The position numbers and the translations under genes are program-made. DNA of 53,893 nt from the IMG/VR virus record IMGVR_UViG_3300007352_000015, one strand, 5' to 3'. Under the pieces are notes generated by a model. The model worked only from the letters and a program-made list of their open reading frames with translations, was not told where the DNA came from and did no database searches. Positions 33,434-43,100 of this stretch are shown here, piece by piece. Positions within the stretch are counted from its first letter, which is position 1. Each line of letters starts with the position of its first letter. The DNA comes from a virus (lineage: Duplodnaviria; Caudoviricetes).

Positions 33434-35269
33434 ATGCCAAGGATTCCATTTCCGATTGTAGGCGGTTCATACAACGGCGTATCCTCTGACGCTAATCCAC
33501 AGAGGTCTATCAACTGGTATCCAGAGGATGACAAGAGTGGTGGCCGAAAGATGTTGCGGCCTACTCCGGGCCTGACTTTACTGACAACACTGCAAGAGGA
33601 ATCTCTCGGCAGCGAAATGATTACCAGTGGAAACTTCAGTAGCCCTTCGCCGTGGACGCTTGCCGCCAAGTGGAGTATTAGTGGTGGCAAACTTGTGCAT
33701 ATCGCTGGCGCGGCGGACACTGCTTCGCAGGTGGCTGGCAGCATGGTGGCGGCCCCGGTGGCTGGTTCGACATACAGGGTGACGTTCACCGTCGAAAGTA
33801 TCAGCGCCGGATTATTCACAGTAACCCTTGGCGGAGCCACTTACGCTTCCCCGATTATAGCCAGCGGAAGTTACAGTTTCGAGATAACGGCTACGGACAC
33901 CACAGGCCTTATCCTGACGGCTACCGCGAGTCTGGCCGTCTCGTTGGACAGCATGAGCGTCAAGACGTTGACCTATCCGCAGTACGCCATTCGTGGTATG
34001 CTGCCGGTGGGTGACTATCTGTATGTTGTCTATGGCCCGTACCTGCGCCGCCTTGACAGCGCCTTCAGTTCGACTACGCTGAACAGCGACTGGCTGATGA
34101 ACTCCACCGGACTGGTTACTATGGCGCACATCCGTTCCGGTGACGGGTTCCAGATAATGATCTGTGATGGAACGGACAAGTCCGCCTATATATATGATAC
34201 CGATACGGAATTATTTACCGTGCTTAACGAACTGGACTATGACTTTCAGGGCGGCGGGTCGGTTGCGGCCCTTGATGGATACTTTCTATCCCATCAGGTC
34301 GATGGTGATCGCATCTACAACTCGGAAGTTTCTGAAGGCTTGTCTTGGGATGCCGCCGATGACAGCCGGGCATGGGTCAAGACTTCGGATATACAACGTA
34401 TATACGCCCACGATCAACTGCTGTGGATATTCAAGCAGGATGGTGCGGAGGTGTTTTACAATTCCGGCGAGGCGGGGGATACGCAGCCGACCTTCCAGCG
34501 CATGAGTGGTGGGGCGATCAACATAGGCACCATCGCTTCGTGGAGCGTCGCTTCTATCAAGGACAAATTGTTCTGGCTCGGCAGCGATAAGACGGTGCAA
34601 ATGGCTACCGGTCAGAGCCTGCGTACCGTAAGTACGCCGCAACTCAGCTATCAGATAGAGGCGATGGCGACGGTCAGCGATGCGGTTGGATACGGCTATA
34701 CGGAAGAGGGGCACGACTTCTATGTGCTGTCATTCCCATCGACCGATGTAACTTATGTCTATGATTCGAGCATGGATGAATGGCACGAGCGGGAGAGCTA
34801 CGACTCAGACAGGCAGACGGATGGGCGGCACCGCAGCAATTGCTATGCCTACTTTCAGGACAGGCATGTCGTCGGCGATTTTGCCAACACAAAACTATAC
34901 GAACTTGATACTACGGTACGCACCGAGGATGGCAACAGGATCATCCGGCAAAGAATTACGCAGAATATAAATCAGGATAACCTGATGTTGTTCTTGAACC
35001 GCTTCGAGGTTCACTTCGAGGGCGGGATAGGATTAGCCAATGGGCAGGGATCGAGTCCATTGGCGATGCTGCGCGTCAGCAAAGATGGCGGGCACGTGTG
35101 GTCTGGTGTCCGTACTGCGCCAATGGGCGGCAAGGGCAATTATGATACGCGCTCGTACTGGGCGCAACTTGGCAGCGGCAGGGACTTCGCTGTATGGTTG
35201 TCCGTGTCCGACCCTGTCAAGGCTATCGTTATCGGCGCTTACCTCGACTATGAGCAAGGATACGCCTGA
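33434..35269 (+). CDS. Tail hub / packaged-DNA stabilisation protein (P22 gp10-like) with CBM-like insertion
   Basis: INWYPE...LRPTPGL, LDGYF, YTEEGHDFYVLSFP...TYVYD...WHER, MLRVSKDGGHVWS...WAQLG. Confidence 0.85.
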   Translation: MPRIPFPIVGGSYNGVSSDANPQRSINWYPEDDKSGGRKMLRPTPGLTLLTTLQEESLGSEMITSGNFSSPSPWTLAAKWSISGGKLVHIAGAADTASQVAGSMVAAPVAGSTYRVTFTVESISAGLFTVTLGGATYASPIIASGSYSFEITATDTTGLILTATASLAVSLDSMSVKTLTYPQYAIRGMLPVGDYLYVVYGPYLRRLDSAFSSTTLNSDWLMNSTGLVTMAHIRSGDGFQIMICDGTDKSAYIYDTDTELFTVLNELDYDFQGGGSVAALDGYFLSHQVDGDRIYNSEVSEGLSWDAADDSRAWVKTSDIQRIYAHDQLLWIFKQDGAEVFYNSGEAGDTQPTFQRMSGGAINIGTIASWSVASIKDKLFWLGSDKTVQMATGQSLRTVSTPQLSYQIEAMATVSDAVGYGYTEEGHDFYVLSFPSTDVTYVYDSSMDEWHERESYDSDRQTDGRHRSNCYAYFQDRHVVGDFANTKLYELDTTVRTEDGNRIIRQRITQNINQDNLMLFLNRFEVHFEGGIGLANGQGSSPLAMLRVSKDGGHVWSGVRTAPMGGKGNYDTRSYWAQLGSGRDFAVWLSVSDPVKAIVIGAYLDYEQGYA

Positions 35270-35583
35270 TGGCTAATATAAACATGCGTGCCCCACTGGA
35301 AACACAGATGTTCATCGACGGGAAGATGACCAACCCGTGGAGAGAATATTTCGGGACGCTGAATAATAAACTGAATGATGCGATCACGACTATAACGCCC
35401 GTCGCCGCAGGTTCGGATGCGGTCAGTGTTGACACGCCCGTTGCCGTGAGCGGGGCGGATACGGTTAGTTTGAGCGGCTTGAATACACAGTTGGAGACGC
35501 TGGCTACCCAGATTAACGCGGTTGTCACCGCACTGAACGGACTTAAAAGTAATTTGGTGACAACGGGCGTACTGACGGGGTAA
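35269..35583 (+). CDS. Small tail protein
   Basis: GKMTNPWREYF motif, directly after gp10-like gene. Confidence 0.6.
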   Translation: MANINMRAPLETQMFIDGKMTNPWREYFGTLNNKLNDAITTITPVAAGSDAVSVDTPVAVSGADTVSLSGLNTQLETLATQINAVVTALNGLKSNLVTTGVLTG

Positions 35584-35628
35584 CGGGAACATATAAGACA
35601 AAGATACAATCTTTTATAAGGAGCACCT

Positions 35629-36339
35629 ATGTTCGGAATAGACGATCTGATCGCGGCTGGAGTTGGCACTGTCACCAGCGCCATCGGTGGCATTGGCGCT
35701 TACAAGGCGCAGAAGAAAGGTATTAATCAGGCGCTGGAAACGCAGCGCGAGTCCAAGGCTGCGCTCGAACCGTGGCAGCAGGCCGGAGAGGACGCGCTCA
35801 AGGAGTGGTCATCCAAGGTCATGGCTGGCCCCGGTGAATTCAAGGAGAGCGAAGGCTACAAGTGGACGCTGGGCGAAGGCGAGAAGGCCATCAAGCGCGG
35901 CGCTTCCACCAGCGCAGGCTTCGGCACGGGTGCGATGGGCAAGTCGCTCATCCGCTACGGTCAGGGACTGGCATCCAATGAGTACGACAAGTTTCAGGAT
36001 CGCTACCTGAAAAGCCTCGTTCCCTACCAGCAACTCACGGGCGTAGGCCAGTGGGCGGTAGGTAATAAGATCAGCATCAATGACCAGATAGCCGATCTTG
36101 AGGTGGACAAGGGCATGGCCAAAGCCAACGCATGGGTTACGGGAGCGAACGCCGTCAGGGGTGGTATCAGCGATGCGGTCAGCCTGAGCCAGCTTGGCGG
36201 CAATCAAGTCCCGATGGGTACGTCTACTCCGCCGATCAGTCCGAGCATAGGGAGTTTCTCTGGCGGCTACAATGCGAACAATCTCAGCATGAGCAGCACC
36301 AATCCATACAGACAACCGCTGGTTCCGGGGAGGCTTTAA
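35629..36339 (+). CDS. DNA ejection/pilot protein (P22 gp7-like)
   Basis: Gly/Ala-rich N-terminus, PWQQAG, GYKW.LGEG.KAI, KSLIRYGQGLASNEY. Confidence 0.7.
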   Translation: MFGIDDLIAAGVGTVTSAIGGIGAYKAQKKGINQALETQRESKAALEPWQQAGEDALKEWSSKVMAGPGEFKESEGYKWTLGEGEKAIKRGASTSAGFGTGAMGKSLIRYGQGLASNEYDKFQDRYLKSLVPYQQLTGVGQWAVGNKISINDQIADLEVDKGMAKANAWVTGANAVRGGISDAVSLSQLGGNQVPMGTSTPPISPSIGSFSGGYNANNLSMSSTNPYRQPLVPGRL

Positions 36340-36341
36340 TC

Positions 36342-37166
36342 ATGGCGCGTATACCGTTGCAGCAAGTTGAAACCGGGCCGCTGATTGCCCCCGCTCTCCA
36401 CATGGCGAACCAGATCAGGGAAGGCCGCGCCCGTGCGGCTATCACCGAAGAAACGGCAAGGAACGCCCCTGAGTCTCAGCGGCTGGCTATCGGCCAGCAG
36501 AAGGCTACGCTTGAAGGTACGCAGCAGATAAACCAGATGCGCCCGAAACAGGAAGAGCGTGCCGCCGGTCAGGATGATCGTTCCAAGGAAATCCACGGTC
36601 TTAATATGGCGAAGGGATTGCTCGAAGCCAGCAAGGCTGCGATGGCGGACGTTACCGACCCCAAGGAGTACATGCGTCGGCGCGATATAATGATTAAGCA
36701 GAACCCCACTTTCGAGGGACTGCTTGATGAACTGACTCCCGAAGAACAGACACCCGAAGGCTTTATAAAAGCGCGGGAGAAACGCGCCAACGACCTGATG
36801 AAACTGGATAAAGACCTCCAGTATAAGTTCGATGCCCTTGAAACCACCAAGCGCGGTCAGGACATCCAGCTTAAGGTCGCCGAGATATACGCCAACGCCC
36901 GTGAGGCCAACAAGACAGACCCGGAGCAACTGAAGGCCGCAGATAAACGCCTTATCTACCAGCGGCTGTACGATGAATGGGCGGATGAGTATAAGGAGCA
37001 AGTTGAAGTCGAAAACCCGGAGACTGGTCTACTGGAAAAGGTATGGCGTACCAGACCCGACGCTCCCAAGTTCGATATGAAGTGGAAGAAGCAACGCTTT
37101 GCCGAAGACCTGCAACTACTTGGCAACGATGAAACCAGTGGCGCTAAACCTAAACTGGAATACTAA
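36342..37166 (+). CDS. Probable ejection (internal virion) protein
   Basis: Helical Q/E/K-rich ORF between pilot protein and giant protein; start at 36342. Confidence 0.55.
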   Translation: MARIPLQQVETGPLIAPALHMANQIREGRARAAITEETARNAPESQRLAIGQQKATLEGTQQINQMRPKQEERAAGQDDRSKEIHGLNMAKGLLEASKAAMADVTDPKEYMRRRDIMIKQNPTFEGLLDELTPEEQTPEGFIKAREKRANDLMKLDKDLQYKFDALETTKRGQDIQLKVAEIYANAREANKTDPEQLKAADKRLIYQRLYDEWADEYKEQVEVENPETGLLEKVWRTRPDAPKFDMKWKKQRFAEDLQLLGNDETSGAKPKLEY

Positions 37167-40100
37167 TGCCGAATAGCATTGAAAAACTGTACGAGGCTGG
37201 CAGCGAAAAGTTCGACCTCGGCGACTTCGATACCTTCTATAACAAGATGGGTAATCCGCAGAGCCGCCAGAAGTTCTACGCCGCCATGACCAAGCACTAT
37301 GACCTTGGCGAATACGATGCGTTTGAGTCCAAGGTCAATCAAGGCTTCCTGCCGTCTGATAATCAGGAGCCGGATCAGCTTGAGGCAAGGCCGGGGTACG
37401 CCGAAGAACAGCCGCCAGCGCCAGCCGACATGGTAAGCCGCTTTGTTCAGGATAGTACCGCCAACGATCCGTTCCTGGCTGGCCTGAGCGCTGACATCGA
37501 CGCCCAGCTTTCGGATACGCTTAACCTGCTGAATCAACCATCGGATATGGGTGGAAGTTACAATACGCCCATACCGGAAGATCAGCAGCAAGCCTATCTT
37601 GAGCAGAGCGCGGTAGAAAGCAACCAGCGCGGTCGTGATGCTCAAATGGATGTCGGTGATTATGATATCCAAGGCAACTTCCTTGCCGGTCAGGGTAAGG
37701 ATGAGCGCGGGCATGGTAGCGATCAGTTCAAGAAACCGAATCATCCGACATTTTCCGTTGAGTCCCAGTATTCCGGGCAGGGCGGCGAACAGGGCGGAAC
37801 GTGGGGCGAAGAAAACGGACAGCCGACATTTACTCCGGGGCCGAGTAATCTTAAATACCACAGCAGGAAAGAACTTGAAGATTACTTCAAAGAAGCCGAG
37901 CCGAATGTCAAGTTAAAGTGGCCGGAACAGATAGACATGGGCGCTATCCAGCCGCAGGCCGAACCGGCAAGCACCACTGACGTTGAAGGCGGACAGCCGC
38001 AGCCAGCGCCGCAGCCGATGGAGGCTGGAATCGCCGATGATGATGGGGTTCTTGGCGCGGCAGTGACGGGGACGTTGCACGGCATTTTTGGTTCACTTGG
38101 CGCTGGTACGTTCGACACGATAGCTGCTGGTGCCCGCTCGTTGCGCAAACAACTTGAAATGCCAGAAACCGACCTGACCAGACGGTCAGGCATATCCGCT
38201 CTACCAGAAAGCGCCACCGAAATTGGGGCATCAAAAATAGCGGATAAACTTACCAAGATGGCTGAGAAATATCAGCAGCCAGAAGACTTGCAGGGGAAGA
38301 ACCTCTATGACAACCCTGAGATCATCCTTGATCCAAGGTTCACTGCTTATGGATTAGGAGATATGTTGCCATCGTTCTTGGCCGCGATGATACCATCGAC
38401 GGCTGCCCTTAAATTTGGGCGGCCTGTCGCGGGCGCAGTCGGTGGGGCGACGGCGGGCTTGATGGAAGGCGCTGGCATTTATCGTGAGACTCTGGATCGC
38501 GGCGGATCGCACGACGAAGCACTAAGGAATATGTTGTATATGACCGTTGGTGCTGGCTTGCTGAATAAAATAGGTTTCGACCGCATGTTCGCCAAGGGCG
38601 TCAAGGGTAAGCGACTCATTAAGAATACGGCGACGATGTTCGTCGAAGCGATCACCGAGTATCTGGAAGAGCCGCTTGGCGCGACGATCTTGGGCGTGCC
38701 CAAGGAAGAATTTATCCAACGTATGAAGGATGGTTTGGCCGTACTCGTGCCCGCCGCATTTATGGGTGGAGTCGGCAGCGTAACGAGCGACAAGATAGAA
38801 GACAGGCAGAATCGCAAGAACTTAGAAAGATATATGAAGCCGTTCATCGAGAACCCACAACAGTTCATCGATGACAGGCTGGCTTTTATTAACAGCTTAG
38901 AGCAGAAAGCCGCTCCTACCGACGAGGCCAAGCAGCCGTCCACCGGCATGACCGCCGAAGAAGAAACTGCGCTGAAGGCTGAAGAGGCAACAACTGAAGC
39001 CGCCGAAACAGAGCCAGCCGAAGTCAAGTCCGTACTGGACGAACTGTACGGGCCAGAAGAACGGCCTACGGCTGCACCAGTAGTTCCAACCGAAGACATC
39101 TCCGCCCAAACGCAGACCGAACTCGATGAGGCTGCCGCTGGCATGGACATTTCTGCGTCCGTAGCTGCACAGGAAGCTCGTGGCGAAGAGATCACTGCCG
39201 AGCCTACCCCTGATATACCCGCAGGGGAGATCGCCGCTGAAACGAGCCGTGAGTCGGCGGTTTCTGGGGAACGTACCATAGAACGTCGCTTGTCCGATAG
39301 GGAAGTTGAAGTTGAGCGCCGTCTGTCCGAACAAGCGCCGATCATGGGCGTGGATGATGAGCGTGTGCCGTTTATCAACGCCGATGTCGAACGCCTTGGC
39401 TCGGCTGAAGCCGTAGCCGAACGCTATGATACCGATAGCGCGGAAGATAGGTATGCCCGGCAGCACGCGGAGAAGATATTCGGACAAGCAGGTCAGGAAT
39501 TAACTCTTGCCAAATCCGGCAGGCCATACAAGACTCAGCAGGCTGCCAGCCGCGTAGCCCGTAAGCTTGGGGCCGACTACGAAGCGGTTCCAACCGAAGG
39601 CGGTTTCGGCATCCGTAAGGCCGAGACTACGGCCAAGCTTGTATCTGAAGCTGTACAGGTCGAACCGACGATTGATACCGAAGCGGTATCAACTGGTTCC
39701 GAAATGGAATCAGTTGCACAGGCTAAACGCATGGTTGCTGGAATGGACTACGATGGCATCCAGAAGCTTATTGATGACCGCGAGACGGAACTGGAAGAGC
39801 AAGGCGTTACGGATTATCAAGAACAATCCAATGACCCGCTGCTGACCGCGCTATACGAGGAGCGCTTTGCAGTAGAGCGCGAAAATATGCGGAACCTCGA
39901 TTCTAACGTCAGGCGTGAACTTAAGGCAAGCGTACCGGCCATACCGGAAATGTTCCCGCGTAGGCTGAAGGCGGGCGTAGAACCTTCTGCGGAGACGCTT
40001 GATTTTATCTTAAGAGACGAATTTGGAATTAATCCCAAAAGCCAGACCGCTACATACTTTACATCGCAGGCAGTTAAACGGCTATTTGGGGGCGATTATA

Positions 40101-43100
40101 CTTCTAAGCAAAGTTTGAAAAAAGCACACGAAGGCATTACCAAGACCCTTATAAATGGTTGGGCAAGAGAGCACAATCTCGACTCGGATGGAATCTTTTC
40201 TCCGGTATCTGGATTGGGACAGGGGGAACAGCGGGCGATCTTGGAATATTTTAGCAAGGTGGCGGACAATATCATTACCACCGTCCGCAACCAGTTGTTA
40301 TCCACGACAGATGCCATTGCACCCAATTTGGGTACAAGTGTTCCCAAAATAGGAACAACCCCGTCGAAATCGATGGGATTAGAATCGGCTGAACGTCAGG
40401 CAGAGCCTCGTCCAAGTGATACCGATGTCATACTGGCTTCTTCCGGCAGGCCGTTCGTAACCGAACAAGCCGCTAAACGGTTCGCCGCCACAAGGGGCGA
40501 GGGATACGAAGCGGTTCCTTATGGCGACAAATGGGCCGTCAAGAAACCTGCGCCGAAGCCGAAGCGGGAACTGACCGAGGAAGAACGGGCTAAGGTCGAA
40601 AAGGAACTTGACAAGTTGGAGCGGGAAGCCGGTGTCCTTGATGTAACCCCGCGCAAGAGTATCGGTATGCATATCGACAAGCCGGGGGCCATCGATGAGT
40701 TGGCGGCTGAAGAAGAAGGGCCGCCGGAAGGCATACAGTTCTCCATCGCTTCTTCCCGTCCCGCTGGCGAACCGGGCATGGGCGTCATTGAAGTAATGAA
40801 AATACTTGACCCGATCAAGGGTAAGTTCAATATACCGATCAGGGTACTCGGCTCGGCTGAGGACATAGAAGATGCCGAAACAAGGGAAGCCGCCCTTGCC
40901 GAATTAAAGAAGGGCAGCGTCATCTCCGGCTACTATGATGACAAGGCTAACAACAGGCGTGGCGAGATTGTCCTGCTGGCCGATGGCATCCGTAACGAGA
41001 AGGAACTACTGGAAGCCGTTCTACCGCATGAGATAGCCCACTACGGCATACAGGGCGTGCTCGGCAAGGAGGGCTACAAGGCTTTCCTGGCCGACTTGCG
41101 TAGCGATCCGGTTATCGGGCCGCAGATTAACGCACTGATTAAACAACATGGTTGGAAGCCTGACTACGCCGCTGGCGAATGGTGGGCCAACAACGCCGAA
41201 GGTAAAAATCCAGATGAGATATCGCCGACCATCTGGCAGCGTATCGTCATACTGTTCAGGAAAGCCATGCGTGCCATGCGCGGGGCCAAGCGGTGGAGAT
41301 TTACCAACATCGAAATAGACAACATGCTGCGGAAGGGGTATGAGTATGCGACGGCCAAAGATGCTGCCGAGATACGAGCCGGAACCGGCGAAGCTGCATT
41401 CAAAACGCAGTCGCTCAACGACCTTGTGACGCAACTGGCCCAGATTGAGAAATCGATTTCCGAATTGCCACCGGTCAGGAACGCCATGCCGACTACCGGC
41501 ATACGCCAGCGGCTGGAAACCAAGGCTCAGGAACTTGAAGAACGCATAGCCAATTGGGATGGGCCACAATTCAGGAGCAGGAAGGCCGAGGGCGAAGGCA
41601 TGGAGCGCAAGATCACTGATGCGGCCCGTGCTGATGCGGAACAGTCACTCGATGACATGCGCAAGGATGTTATGGAGTACGCCAAGAGATACATCCCCGG
41701 CAGCGGTATGAGCCGTGACGAAGCCCGGAAACATCTTAACGCCATACACAATGCCAAGGATACCAATGCACTCGCCGGGGCTTTCGTCCGGTTAGAGGCT
41801 GCGGTCATGGGCGAAGAAGATGGCCTTGGCGTGGACTCGCAGGGGAACGTCATCCGCACCACTTTCGAGTTGCCGGAAGAAACACGGTTGCAGCATCTGC
41901 GCCGCTGGTTACAGGACTCGATGGCTCGGTTACAGACAGTCCAGAAAGAAATAGTCAAGCAGACCGGTAAAGAGATCACGCCTGAAATGGATGCCAACAT
42001 GAGGCAGGTACTGGAAGTTGGCCGGGCGGCTCACCGTGTCGAGAAGTTCATGGAGAAGATGGTGCGGGGCAAGGAAAGTTTCCTTGGCCGCATGAATGAG
42101 GCTGGTATTAATCAGCGGGACTTCTCTCTGTACCTGACGGCCCTGCATACGGAAGAGCGCCGGAACGCTACCATTGGCCGCAAAATAGAGAAGGCACGTA
42201 GCGAAAAGCAGGCGACGTATTGGCGCACCCGGCTGAATGATGAGAACGATGATTTCGGCAGCGGTATGAGCATGAAAACAGCCAAGCGCGTTATCAAAGA
42301 CATGCAGGCGTGGCATCCCGATATCCAGAAATTCGCCGAAGAGTTTTACGATAATACAACGCGGGCCGCCCTGCGGATGAGACTGGAAAGCGGACTGATC
42401 TCACAAGAGTTTTATGACAAGCTGAACGAAACGTACAAGAATTACGTTCCGCTAAAGGGCCGGAGCGATATCGAAAGCAAGCGTCCAGGCGTAAGTAAGA
42501 CCACTGGAATGCTTGCGACCGGCATACGCAAGGCTCGTGGCCGCCAGTCTGATGCTGATGACCCCTTCGCCCAGACGCTGGTTGATTTTACTGATGCCAT
42601 CACCCGTTCCGAGCAGAACCGGGTACGTCAGGCGTTCCTGAAACTTGTCGAGGCCAATCCTGAACCGGGCGTGTGGAGCACGCAGCCTGCTCCCGAACCA
42701 GTGGAGTCCATTGGTGAGGAAGGCAACATCCAGTATGAAGAGCCGCTGCGTAAGTACGATGACAACGTACTGGAAGTTCGCGTAGACGGAGAGTCTCACC
42801 TGATCTCCATCCATGACATCCCCTTGTCGCAAAGTATGAAGGGCTTGGGCATGGAGCGCAGTTTCCAGTTCTTCAGCGCGATCAATAGTTATCTGCGGGC
42901 CGTAAACATTATGCTCTCGCCGGAGTTCCTGATAACGAACTTTGAGCGCGATCTCCAAACGGCACTCGTTCATGTGTCTGGTGAGCAGAGTGCAAAGATG
43001 GCGGGGCAGACGCTCAAGCACCTGCCGAGCGCGATGAAGGGCATCTGGAAAGACCTGCGCGGTAAGAACAATGAATGGTCTCAGTATTATGAAGAGATGA

